A program made the translations under genes and the position numbers. From Verrucomicrobiota bacterium (GTDB taxonomy: Bacteria; Verrucomicrobiota; Verrucomicrobiia; Opitutales; Coraliomargaritaceae): 64,000 nt of DNA. Below the pieces are notes generated by a model that was not told the DNA's origin, searched no databases, and saw only the letters and a list, made by a program, of their open reading frames with translations. Shown here in pieces: positions 20,678-30,293 of the stretch. How positions within the stretch are numbered: the stretch's first letter is position 1; each line of letters begins with the position of its first letter. The DNA is taken from assembly GCA_039815375.1 (NCBI GenBank), contig JBCBZJ010000007.1, positions 32,001 to 96,000 on the forward strand. Direction: 5' to 3'.

Positions 20678-22045
20678 ATGGCTGAAACCATCGAAGTTGA
20701 AGCTGTTGCACCGGGAGAAGCGGCTAAGCCAGCCTCCAAAATTCCTTTTTTTGCTCCAGAGGGATCGCTCGACGGCTCTTCCGACGAGGCTTTTCGTCAA
20801 AATCCAACGCATGTCTTCGTCGAGGGCTATCGACGCTTCGGTCCTATATTCAAAGTCCGTCTGTTCGGAACGGAACAGATTGCAATGGGTGGTCTTGATG
20901 CGAACGAGTTCACCTGGAAGAATCACGAATTGTGGGATTACTTTCGCACGAACCGGCACTTCAGAGAACAATTTAGCGACCGGTATCTAAACCAACTCGA
21001 AGGAAAGCCTTACTCGTCAAAACGCCGCCGGATCGGTCAGGCGTTCCGCCCCAGCATGTTGATGTCACACACGGATCAAATGAGTAAAGCGGTCTTTCGG
21101 GAAATTGATCGTCTGCCGGATGGCGTAACGAACCTTAGAGTTTTTTGCATGCGGGTTATGATCGCGATGATATCGCGGGTTTTGATCCAGAAAGACCTGC
21201 CCGATGGCATGGACGAGACCATGGCAATCAGCAATAAGGAGATGCTGAAGTCGGCTAGTCTGGGCTGGAAACGCTGGCTCTGGTATTACTACCCGCCGAA
21301 GCGGTTACGTCGTCGAAAGGTCTTTCGGTTTCTCGGGTCCGTCCTTGATGAGAGAGAACGCAAAGTTGGACCCGGCAAGGAGGATATGCTCGCGGCCGTC
21401 TTGATGGGAAGCCAACCAAACGACCCGGAAATCCCGCGTTACGAGAAGATTCATGACCTTTCGCAGCTGTTCATGGCTGGGTCCACTACTTCGTCGATGA
21501 TCGTTGCCTGGGCACTGCTTCATTGCTACAAGGATAGGGAATGGTTGAAGGAACTCAGAACGGAGCTGGAAGCCTGGGATCCATTTGGGTTCGAATCGAT
21601 CGATCCGTTTCCCAGGCTTAGGGCAACTTGTCTCGAGATTGAGCGTTTACGGCCGGGTGTGCCGGTTTTCAACCGGATCACAGCGAAGTCCTTTACCTAC
21701 GGTGGTTATGAAATCCCGCAGGGAGTCGATGTGCTTCACCTCCATACGCTAACTCACTTTCTTGAGGAGATCTACCAGGACCCCGATCACTTCAAGCCAT
21801 CCAGATTCGTTGAAAACCCGGATTTACCGCCGAAGCATGCGCACGGAACCTTCGGGGGAGGCAAACATCGCTGTATCGGCAGCCCACTCGCACGAATCCA
21901 ACCGCCTCTTTTTGTGGCTAATGTGATCTCTCGCTACGATTTGGAGTTTATGACCGAACCAAGCATGGGCGCGAAATACGATGCAGCGGTCGCTCCGGCG
22001 GAAGAACCTCTGCTTGTACGTTTTCATCGGCGGGAATCAACTTAG
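20678..22045 (+). CDS. Cytochrome P450
   Basis: Heme motif FGGGKHRCIG, K-helix EIER, PSRF, I-helix AGSTTS; starts 3 nt after the deaminase stop. Confidence 0.93.
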   Translation: MAETIEVEAVAPGEAAKPASKIPFFAPEGSLDGSSDEAFRQNPTHVFVEGYRRFGPIFKVRLFGTEQIAMGGLDANEFTWKNHELWDYFRTNRHFREQFSDRYLNQLEGKPYSSKRRRIGQAFRPSMLMSHTDQMSKAVFREIDRLPDGVTNLRVFCMRVMIAMISRVLIQKDLPDGMDETMAISNKEMLKSASLGWKRWLWYYYPPKRLRRRKVFRFLGSVLDERERKVGPGKEDMLAAVLMGSQPNDPEIPRYEKIHDLSQLFMAGSTTSSMIVAWALLHCYKDREWLKELRTELEAWDPFGFESIDPFPRLRATCLEIERLRPGVPVFNRITAKSFTYGGYEIPQGVDVLHLHTLTHFLEEIYQDPDHFKPSRFVENPDLPPKHAHGTFGGGKHRCIGSPLARIQPPLFVANVISRYDLEFMTEPSMGAKYDAAVAPAEEPLLVRFHRREST

Positions 22046-22177
22046 GAGCATGGTGTGATCCACGAAGATTCGGACAGCAGATCCCTTGCGCGGTAAAAAA
22101 GCATAAAGCAATCCTATCGAATCGGGGGTTGCAGAGAAAGCCGGTGGCTATTTCTTGGTCGTTTTTAACAAAACATC

Positions 22178-22471
22178 ATGTCCACAAAACCACACATCGA
22201 TATCGACTACGTCGCAAATCTTGCACGCATCGAACTTTCAGACGACGAAAAAGCCAAGCTCGGTGGTCAACTCGACGACATCCTCGGTTATTTCGAGAAG
22301 CTTAACGCGGTTGATGTCGACGGCGTTGAGCCCATGGCCCACGCCCAAGCCGTCTACAACGTCTGGCGCGAAGGCGATGAAGCAGGGGAGACCTACGCCC
22401 CAGAAGTGCTCAAGAAGATGGCCCCTGAATTTCGCGACGGTCAGGTCGTCGTCCCAAAAGTTGTCGAATAG
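22178..22471 (+). CDS. gatC: Asp/Glu-tRNA amidotransferase subunit C
   Basis: YVANLARIEL...LDDILGYFEKL..VDVDGVEP...VVPKV. Confidence 0.95.
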   Translation: MSTKPHIDIDYVANLARIELSDDEKAKLGGQLDDILGYFEKLNAVDVDGVEPMAHAQAVYNVWREGDEAGETYAPEVLKKMAPEFRDGQVVVPKVVE

Positions 22472-22486
22472 CCCAAATCTATAAAT

Positions 22487-22576
22487 CGCAGAGAGCACAG
22501 AGGACGCAGAGAGTCCATAGAGCTCATGCATACAAAACTTTCTCATACTCCGCGCTTCCCGCGAACTCAGCGTCGA
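22487..22576. repeat. 9-bp periodic inverted repeat pair (CGCAGAG)x3 ... (CTCYGCG-like)x3
   Basis: Left arm cgcagagag|cacagagga|cgcagag (22487-22511); right arm ctccgcgct|tcccgcgaa|ctcagcg (22548-22572). Confidence 0.75.
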
Positions 22577-22578
22577 AA

Positions 22579-24045
22579 ATGTCTGAATTACATTTCAAAA
22601 CTATCACCGAACTCTCTGCTTCGCTCGAAGCGGGTGAGCAGACTTCGGTAGAACTCACCCAAGCCATTATCGACCGCACCGCCTCGGTTGATGGCAAGGT
22701 AAAAGCCTTCATCTCGTACGATGCGGAGGACGCGCTTGCTCAAGCAAAGACCTCCGATGAGCGTCGTGCAGCAGGCAAGGCGCTCGGCCCGCTCGACGGT
22801 ATCCCTATTGGTATCAAGGATGTGCTTACCGTGAAGGACCAGCCCGTCCGCTGCGCATCGAAGATGCTGGAGAACTATATTTCTCCGTTCGATGCGACTT
22901 GTATCGCTAAGCTCCGTGAAGCAGGTGCCATCATTTGGGGGCGTCTCAATATGGACGAGTTTGCCATGGGATCCTCGACGGAAAACTCAGCTTACCAAAC
23001 CACAGCGAATCCCTGGGACCTTGAAACCATCCCCGGCGGTTCTTCCGGCGGTAGTGCAGCGGCGCTTGCGGCAGGTGAAGCGATCGCCACTCTCGGCACA
23101 GATACCGGTGGTTCCATTCGTCAACCGGCTGCGCTTTGCGGTGTTGTTGGCATGAAACCGACCTATGGTCTGGTTTCCCGTTATGGCCTAGTGGCTTTTG
23201 CATCGTCCTTGGATCAGGTCGGTCCCTTTGCACGAACAGTTGAAGACGCTGCCATCCTAATGGAGGCCATGCTCGGCAAGGACGACCTCGATTCGACTTC
23301 CATCGAACCGCAGGGGGAGACGAACTACGCGGCCGCCCTTAAGGAAAAGAAGGGCCCGTGGAAGCTCGGCGTGCCGCAGGAGTTCTTTGGCGAAGGTATC
23401 GACCCGGAAGTGAAGGCCAGTATCGAGAAGGCCATTGACTGGTATAAGTCCCAGGGCTGTGAAATCGTGGATATTTCGCTCCCACACTCCGATCTGGCCG
23501 TGCCGGTTTACTATATTGTCGCGACGGCGGAGGCGTCCTCCAATCTTGCACGTTTCGATGGCGTGCGCTACAGCCACCGCAGTAAGGACGTCAACGATGC
23601 GCTCACGCTATTCACCAAGAGTCGGGGCGAGGGCTTTGGGGACGAAGTAAAGCGCCGCATCATACTAGGCACCTACGTGCTTAGCTCCGGTTACTACGAC
23701 GCCTACTACCTGCGCGCGCAAAAGGTTCGTCGTCTCATCCTTGGCGATTTCGAAAAAGCTTTCGATCAGGTCGACGCGATTCTGACGCCGACTTCACCTA
23801 CACCGGCCTTCAAGCGAGGCGAGCGCAGCGATGATCCACTCGCGATGTATCTCAGCGACATCTATACGATCTCGGTTAATCTCGCTGGTCTTCCCGCTAT
23901 TTCCGTTCCGAGTGGTTTCACGGAAAGTGGATTACCCATTGGTCTGCAAGTCATTGGCAAAGCCTTCGGCGAAGCTGACATGTTCGCCGTAGCGCATGCC
24001 TTCGAGCAAGCGCACGACTACCATAGGCAAACTCCAAATCTTTAA
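22579..24045 (+). CDS. gatA: Asp/Glu-tRNA amidotransferase subunit A
   Basis: Amidase signature GGSSGGSAAA, GTDTGGSIRQPA, SSNLARFDGVRY. Confidence 0.98.
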   Translation: MSELHFKTITELSASLEAGEQTSVELTQAIIDRTASVDGKVKAFISYDAEDALAQAKTSDERRAAGKALGPLDGIPIGIKDVLTVKDQPVRCASKMLENYISPFDATCIAKLREAGAIIWGRLNMDEFAMGSSTENSAYQTTANPWDLETIPGGSSGGSAAALAAGEAIATLGTDTGGSIRQPAALCGVVGMKPTYGLVSRYGLVAFASSLDQVGPFARTVEDAAILMEAMLGKDDLDSTSIEPQGETNYAAALKEKKGPWKLGVPQEFFGEGIDPEVKASIEKAIDWYKSQGCEIVDISLPHSDLAVPVYYIVATAEASSNLARFDGVRYSHRSKDVNDALTLFTKSRGEGFGDEVKRRIILGTYVLSSGYYDAYYLRAQKVRRLILGDFEKAFDQVDAILTPTSPTPAFKRGERSDDPLAMYLSDIYTISVNLAGLPAISVPSGFTESGLPIGLQVIGKAFGEADMFAVAHAFEQAHDYHRQTPNL

Positions 24046-24059
24046 TCATTTTGATCGCT

Positions 24060-24118
24060 CACAAATTTCACGAATTTTCACAAATTCTGGATTAGTTGGA
24101 ATGCTTGTAATTCGTGGG
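24060..24118. repeat. 9-10 bp periodic inverted repeat (CACRAAT)x3 ... degenerate ATTCGTG arm
   Basis: cacaaattt|cacgaatttt|cacaaatt (24060-24086), then attagttggaatgcttgtaATTCGTGgg (24091-24118). Confidence 0.7.
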
Positions 24119-24145
24119 TAAACACTCTCAAAACTAGATTCCATT

Positions 24146-25612
24146 ATGGACTACGACGTTGTCATCGGACTTGAAATTCACGTGCAGATTAAGACCCGCA
24201 CGAAAATGTTTACAGCCGCGCCTTACAGTTATGGTGCTGAGCCAAATACCCTGATTGATCCGGTTGTGCTGGGTCTTCCCGGAACGCTCCCTGTGCTTAA
24301 TCACGAAGCGATCGAGAAGTGCACGTCTCTTGGCCTGATGCTCGGCTGTGAGATCGCGGAGGTCTGCAAGTGGGACCGTAAGAACTACTTCTACCCGGAC
24401 TCTCCCAAGAACTATCAGCTTACACAAAACGAACAACCACTCTGCATCGGTGGCGAGATCGAGATTGAGCTGGCCGATGCAGCGCGAAATGCAGCAGGTG
24501 AGCATCGCTGGGTGAAGCTCAATCGAATCCATCTTGAAGAGGACCCTGGCAAGCTCACACACGAATCCTTTGATACACTGATCGATTTCAACCGTGCCGG
24601 TGTGCCGCTTGCGGAAATCGTAACCGAGCCGGACATGAGCTCATCTGCTGAGGCCGTCGCCTTCCTCAACGCACTGCGCAACCTCATCATCTACGCAGGC
24701 ATCTCCGACTGCGACATGGAGAAGGGTCAACTTCGCTGCGATGCCAACGTTTCGCTCAAGCCGAAAGGCAGTGAAACACTCGGCACCCGCACCGAGATGA
24801 AAAACCTTAACTCCATCTCCAACGTCAAAGCTGCAATCGAATATGAAATCGAGCGCCAGGCCGACATCCTCGACGAGGGTGGGGAGGTGACACAGGAAAC
24901 CCGCAGATGGGATGTCGATCAGGGCTGCAGCTTCTCGCTCCGCAGCAAGGAAGAAGCCCACGACTACCGCTACTTTCCCGACCCCGACCTAATGCCGGTG
25001 CAGATGGACCGCACCCGCGTCGACGAGCTCAAGTCTACCTTGCCTGAGCGCCCCTTCGATAAGCAGCGCCGCTTCGAGGCCGACTTTGGTCTGCCCTACA
25101 CGGTGACCACCGTGCTGTGCCCGAACCGCGAGCTCAGCGAATTCTTTGAAGCAGCACTGGAAACACACAATGCACCGAAGCTCATTGCAAACTACGTGGC
25201 CAACGACCTGCTGCGTGAGCTGGCTGATGCTGCGGCACACGGTGAACAAGACCTCGACGTGAGCGAGTCCAAGCTAACGCCGGCCCACATCGGTACCCTC
25301 GCCAAGATCATTGAGGACGGCACTATTTCCAAACAGATCGCGAAAGAAGTCTTCACCGATATGTTTGCGACCGGTGAGATGCCCGACGCCATTGTCGAGA
25401 AGAAGGGCCTGAAGCAGAGCAACGACTCGGAAGAGATCGAAGCCCTCTGCCGTGATGCCATTGCAGGCAACCCGAAGGCCGTGGGCCAATACAAGGACGG
25501 CAACGAAAAGGCGATCAACGCCCTCAAAGGGCCAGTCATGAAGGCGACCAAAGGTAAAGCGAATCCCGCGATGCTCGATCAGCTGCTCAAGAAGCTGATT
25601 GATGAGGGGTAA
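24146..25612 (+). CDS. gatB: Asp/Glu-tRNA amidotransferase subunit B
   Basis: IGLEIHVQ, RKNYFYPD, HLEEDPGK, LRCDANVS, DYRYFPDPDL. Confidence 0.98.
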   Translation: MDYDVVIGLEIHVQIKTRTKMFTAAPYSYGAEPNTLIDPVVLGLPGTLPVLNHEAIEKCTSLGLMLGCEIAEVCKWDRKNYFYPDSPKNYQLTQNEQPLCIGGEIEIELADAARNAAGEHRWVKLNRIHLEEDPGKLTHESFDTLIDFNRAGVPLAEIVTEPDMSSSAEAVAFLNALRNLIIYAGISDCDMEKGQLRCDANVSLKPKGSETLGTRTEMKNLNSISNVKAAIEYEIERQADILDEGGEVTQETRRWDVDQGCSFSLRSKEEAHDYRYFPDPDLMPVQMDRTRVDELKSTLPERPFDKQRRFEADFGLPYTVTTVLCPNRELSEFFEAALETHNAPKLIANYVANDLLRELADAAAHGEQDLDVSESKLTPAHIGTLAKIIEDGTISKQIAKEVFTDMFATGEMPDAIVEKKGLKQSNDSEEIEALCRDAIAGNPKAVGQYKDGNEKAINALKGPVMKATKGKANPAMLDQLLKKLIDEG

Positions 25613-26093
25613 TTTACTTCAAGGTAATGGCCGGGTGCCTAAAAGCGCCGTGGGCTTTTTACGGATGTGGAGCTGAAAGAACCCAGAGGACAGACAACCC
25701 GTCTGATGAGTTAGAAGTCCAGTTGATTTTTAGAGTTTTGCGGACGGGTTATGGTGTTGTCCTGCTACGACTGGTTCAGGATTTAATCGTGCAGGTGGTC
25801 CAGGATTCGACAAGTCTCTCATGCTGTTCCTTTCAGCATAGCTGGAGACCTCTTATACTCGCTCATAAACGCTTATGTTTCTTCCTTTAACTTTGTTATT
25901 TTAAGGCGCCTAAGGAGCCCGCAGGAAACGCAAAGGCCCCATCAGATTCCTTGTATGCTTTAGACAGAATTGGATTGGCGCATAATTCCGAACAAATTTT
26001 GCCCTTCAGCAGTGTTTAATTTTCACTGTGCCATATTATTCTCTTGAGCTGGACCAGTATAAGGCTAACGCTTAATAGAAATTTTTTACGATT

Positions 26094-27071
26094 ATGGAAT
26101 ACTTCATTGCCTGGTGGAATCTTGAAAATTTGTTTGATCTGGAAACGTCAACCGAACGACCGGAATGGTTGCGAAAAAAGTTGGCCTCTGAACTGAAAGG
26201 CTGGAACGACACTGTGCTGAATAAGAAGCTCAATCAATTGGGCAGCATCATCACTCAGATGAATGATGGCGCAGGTCCAGATGTGCTTGGTGTTTGTGAA
26301 GTTGAGAATCGAGCCGTGTTGGTAAAGTTGGTTGCAGTCCTGAAGACGAAACTGCCACAACGTGACTACGGTATCGTGCACGCAGATAATAAGGATGCAC
26401 GTGGTATTGATGTCGCATTCATCTATGATAAGCAGCTGTTTTATGCGCCAACTGCAAAGGATGTCTTCAACCATGTTGTGCTGAAGCGAAATGCGACCCG
26501 TGATATCGTGCAGGTGAATTTCAAAACGAAAACCGAAACAAAAGAAGACCTGGTGCTGATCGGTAACCACTGGCCGAGCAAGCTGGGTGGTGATCTGGAG
26601 TCTGAGCCCTACCGAATTTTGGCAGCAGAAACGCTTAGTTACTGGATAGAACGAATTCTGGAGAAGTATGCGTATGATGTGCCCATTATCGTGATGGGAG
26701 ACTTCAATGATGAGCCGTTTAATCGTTCGGTTACCAGCTATGCTCTGGGTCTGAAAGATTCCAAGCGAGTTAAATCAAAGCGTTCCAGGAAGCCGTATTT
26801 GTATAACCTTATGTGGGATGTACAGACTGATGGTAACGGCACTCACTTTTACGACAGTTGGGGTATTTTGGATCAGATCCTGATTAATCGCCCTTTGCTT
26901 CGAAGTGAGAGTCCTTTGCGTCTCGTTGCTGATTCCTGCGAGATCTTCAAGCCGAGTGAATTACTTAAATACGGAAAGCCGCGGCGGTTTGGCCGTCCTT
27001 CCAAGAAGAGCTCTCACGATACAAGTGGTTATAGTGATCACTTGCCGGTAACTGTGCGCATACGTAGCTAG
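26094..27071 (+). CDS. Endonuclease/exonuclease/phosphatase family protein
   Basis: WNLENLFD, VCEVEN, RGIDVA, NHWPSK, MGDFND, LDQI, SDHLPV. Confidence 0.9.
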   Translation: MEYFIAWWNLENLFDLETSTERPEWLRKKLASELKGWNDTVLNKKLNQLGSIITQMNDGAGPDVLGVCEVENRAVLVKLVAVLKTKLPQRDYGIVHADNKDARGIDVAFIYDKQLFYAPTAKDVFNHVVLKRNATRDIVQVNFKTKTETKEDLVLIGNHWPSKLGGDLESEPYRILAAETLSYWIERILEKYAYDVPIIVMGDFNDEPFNRSVTSYALGLKDSKRVKSKRSRKPYLYNLMWDVQTDGNGTHFYDSWGILDQILINRPLLRSESPLRLVADSCEIFKPSELLKYGKPRRFGRPSKKSSHDTSGYSDHLPVTVRIRS

Positions 27072-27190
27072 CAGGTGCCTCATTCTAAAGAATTTCTTTC
27101 GGATGTGGCTATTGACCGGTAGCACGAGCAGCTGAATGGAACTTAGTATAAGATTTCGACGGTGCAGCGAGGTATAGAGAATACGCTGTC

Positions 27191-28150
27191 TCACCTTGTC
27201 TCAGCGGAAAGCACCTTGAACGCACCCCCGGCTCCGGAGGCTGCGGCGAGAAATCTAAAGGCTTCATCGGACTTCTGATGTGCCTCGAAGTCATTGAGCT
27301 GTGATTTGAGGAAGTCGGCTTGGTTAGTGACTTCTTGGATATTTAATCCGAGCTGTTGGCACCAACGTATCAGGTCAGTGAAATTGACGTCGCAAGTGAT
27401 GTCGCGTGCACCTGGTTCATCGTAGACGTCGATACCTTCGTAACGTTGCTGTCCAGCATAGGCACGACATTCACGGGCTGGGCGTTCGGCTCCATAGTCT
27501 ATAAAGAGGAGGGCACCTTGCTTAAATGCAGGAATATTGCCCTTCATCCAGCTATGGAAAGAAGGGTGCACATAGATCGTCTCGCCCTCCTTGGGATGTG
27601 CGGGTGCATCAGCATCAATACTGCGTTCGAGTGGTGCGAGGATTTCCCGTGGCAATCCATTTTCATAGTGCACACCGACTTCCCGCCAGTCATTCTCTAT
27701 CCAGCGCAGCTTTACTGCAGGAAACGCGTCAATGAATTCATTGGCGACAATGAGCCCAAAGCCCTTCGTTTCTTCCAATGCGCTCTGTAGGTCTGTATAA
27801 TGTTGAAAGTTTCTACCTTCGAGTTGTTCGGATTGTATTCTGCGTAGTGGTTCGGACTTCTCGACAAGATGTAACGGCCAATCCGGAAGTTGCAGGGAGA
27901 GCTCTTTAGCCAAAGCGCCGTTGCCAGGACCGAGTTCGATCAAGGGGCAGCAAATTGGTAACCCGAGCCGTTTGGCGTGTGCTTTTGCCCAATTTGAAAT
28001 AGCCTGAGCAAAGGCCGGGCTAAGTGTAGCACTGGTGGAGAAGTCTCCTGATTTGCCTACGGAAGCACGAGTTGTGTAGTAGCCTTCTTCGGGATCGTAA
28101 AGCGCCCGTTGCATAAAGGTTTCGTGAGAGACTGGTTCAGGGAATTCCAC
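27191..28150 (-). CDS. SAM-dependent methyltransferase, MidA/NDUFAF7 family
   Basis: FMQRALYDPEEGYY, GDFSTS, ELGPGNG, ANEFIDAFP, IDYG, DITCDVNF. Confidence 0.88.
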   Translation of the reverse strand: MEFPEPVSHETFMQRALYDPEEGYYTTRASVGKSGDFSTSATLSPAFAQAISNWAKAHAKRLGLPICCPLIELGPGNGALAKELSLQLPDWPLHLVEKSEPLRRIQSEQLEGRNFQHYTDLQSALEETKGFGLIVANEFIDAFPAVKLRWIENDWREVGVHYENGLPREILAPLERSIDADAPAHPKEGETIYVHPSFHSWMKGNIPAFKQGALLFIDYGAERPARECRAYAGQQRYEGIDVYDEPGARDITCDVNFTDLIRWCQQLGLNIQEVTNQADFLKSQLNDFEAHQKSDEAFRFLAAASGAGGAFKVLSAETR

Positions 28151-28383
28151 TTGGTAATTAAGTGCAGGATTAAACTGGCCCGATGCAATGATTTAACCGG
28201 AGTCATGGAAACGGACTTTGCGAATATCCTACTCGGCCACCTGTGAAGTTGGTGGTTCACCCGGCCTTCATTTGCCGACACTTTATCCTATCGCATAGTC
28301 GGTTTAAACATAGAGTAGGGTGTCAGGAACACGAAGAAATGGATTGTGAGGCTTCGTATTCTTTGTGCACTTTATCGTGAACA

Positions 28384-29355
28384 ATGGATATGGACTCTTT
28401 TATTTGCTCGGCGATGAGTGCGAAGGCTCTGGGAGCCTCTTCAAAGGTGCAGTCGCTTTGGAGCGGATACGGTTCAATCGTTCGCTACAAGCTGGCCGGT
28501 GCCGAGAGTAAGAGCGTCATTGTGAAGCATGTCTCTCCACCAAATATGACTAACCATCCGAGAGGGTGGAACACAGATCTCTCGCACCAGCGAAAACTTC
28601 GCTCCTATCAAGTCGAAACGAAGTGGTATCAAAACTTCTCCGACCGCTGTAGTAATCATTGCCGTGTTGCCAAGTGCTTTGCTGTTGAGCGTTCCGGAAA
28701 TGAAGTTGTTTTGATTTTGGAAGACCTCGACGCCGTCGGCTACCCAGCGCGCCGAACTCGAGTGAGCGATGTAGAACTAAAAGCCTGCCTCGATTGGCTG
28801 GCTCACTTTCACGCCTGTTTTTTGCAGGTTAATCCTGACGGTCTCTGGCCGACAGGTACTTATTGGCATCTGGAAACACGGCCGGATGAGCTCGAAGTGT
28901 TGCGAGGCGAAGATCCGGAACTGGCAGCTGCAGCCAGTGAACTTGATAGGCTTTTGAGCACAGCAAGGTTTCAAACTCTTGTTCATGGCGATGCAAAGTT
29001 GGCCAATTTCTGTTTCTCATCTGATGGAGCTGCAGTGGCCGCGGTTGACTTTCAATATGTGGGCGGTGGCTGTGGGATGAAGGACCTCGCTTATTTCATC
29101 GGAAGCTGTCTCGACGAAGAGCAATGCGGTCAGCGCGAAAGCGAACTGCTGGATTACTATTTCGGAACGCTCCGCTCTGTGCTTCGGCCCAAAAGCCACA
29201 AGGTCGATGTCGTTGCCGTCGAGCAAGAATGGCGATTGCTTTATCCGGTTGCATGGACCGACTTCCACCGATTTCTGAAAGGCTGGAGTCCCGGGCACTG
29301 GAAGATCAACTCTTACAGTGAGAAGCTGGCTCATGAGGTGCTCTCTAAACTTTAA
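28384..29355 (+). CDS. EcKinase/APH-like phosphotransferase
   Basis: [32 protein letters not shown]. Confidence 0.85.
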   Translation: MDMDSFICSAMSAKALGASSKVQSLWSGYGSIVRYKLAGAESKSVIVKHVSPPNMTNHPRGWNTDLSHQRKLRSYQVETKWYQNFSDRCSNHCRVAKCFAVERSGNEVVLILEDLDAVGYPARRTRVSDVELKACLDWLAHFHACFLQVNPDGLWPTGTYWHLETRPDELEVLRGEDPELAAAASELDRLLSTARFQTLVHGDAKLANFCFSSDGAAVAAVDFQYVGGGCGMKDLAYFIGSCLDEEQCGQRESELLDYYFGTLRSVLRPKSHKVDVVAVEQEWRLLYPVAWTDFHRFLKGWSPGHWKINSYSEKLAHEVLSKL

Positions 29356-29361
29356 TACCCT

Positions 29362-30252
29362 ATGAATCTTTCTTCGGAACAACTGACAGAACTTACAGCC
29401 ATAGCCAGTTATGCTGCTGAGCGAGCGGGTGCGTTGATCCGTGAATATGCGAATCGCGAGATCGAAATATTCCGAAAAGATGCGGGGGATAGTCTCGCCA
29501 CTCAAGTTGTGACAGAAGTCGACGAAAAGGCGCAATCTATAATTTTGGATGAGTTGGAGCAGAGTATTTTCAAATACGATCTAGCTTTGCTTACAGAAGA
29601 GTCCGAAGATGACGGCAGTCGCCATCAAAAGGACTACTTTTGGTGTATCGACCCGATGGACGGGACGCTGCCTTTTACCCGCCGTAAGCCAGGTTATGCA
29701 GTGTCGATTGGGCTCGTGGGTCTTGACGGAACGCCTTCGGTCGGCGTGATTTTTGATCCGGTTGAAAATTGCATGTATACCGCTGCTGTAGGTCTGGGAG
29801 CTCGAATCAATGGAAAGCCCTGGCGCCTTCTGAATCAAAAACCGAGAGCTTCGGCATGCTTACGGTTTTTCTGTGACTGCACCTTCGAAGACGATCCCGA
29901 CCGGGAGATGATGACAGCAAGAATGCTAAAGTTTGCAACGGACCAAGGATATGCGAGCGGCGAGGTGATTCTTGGCGGTGGCGCGGTGTTGAATGCCTTA
30001 CAGGTCTTATTGAATAGTCCAGCCGTATACTTCAAACGTCCCAAACCAAAGACTGGAGGCGGGTGTTCATGGGATTTTGCAGCAAGTTCGTGTTTCTTTA
30101 CTGATGCTGGCGGATATGTGTCAGATTTTTGGGGAAAACGTTTGGAATTGAACGACGCCAAGCATCAATATTTCAATCATTGCGGGGTCTGTTTCAGCAC
30201 GGATGCCTTGCTTGTCGCATCGATCGCAGAATACTTCGGAGAAATCGAATAA
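29362..30252 (+). CDS. Inositol monophosphatase/CysQ family phosphatase
   Basis: VTEVD, LTEES, WCIDPMDGT, WDFAA. Confidence 0.88.
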   Translation: MNLSSEQLTELTAIASYAAERAGALIREYANREIEIFRKDAGDSLATQVVTEVDEKAQSIILDELEQSIFKYDLALLTEESEDDGSRHQKDYFWCIDPMDGTLPFTRRKPGYAVSIGLVGLDGTPSVGVIFDPVENCMYTAAVGLGARINGKPWRLLNQKPRASACLRFFCDCTFEDDPDREMMTARMLKFATDQGYASGEVILGGGAVLNALQVLLNSPAVYFKRPKPKTGGGCSWDFAASSCFFTDAGGYVSDFWGKRLELNDAKHQYFNHCGVCFSTDALLVASIAEYFGEIE

Positions 30253-30293
30253 TCGGTTTACGCTAAAGGGTGGAAAGTCTCTAATTTGTATAG

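Noticed and set aside
22487..24118. Periodic repeats considered as a CRISPR array
   Set aside because: Units are 7-10 bp with no unique spacers, and there are no cas genes
25627..25890. 87-aa ORF after gatB
   Set aside because: No motifs or convincing RBS; likely spurious
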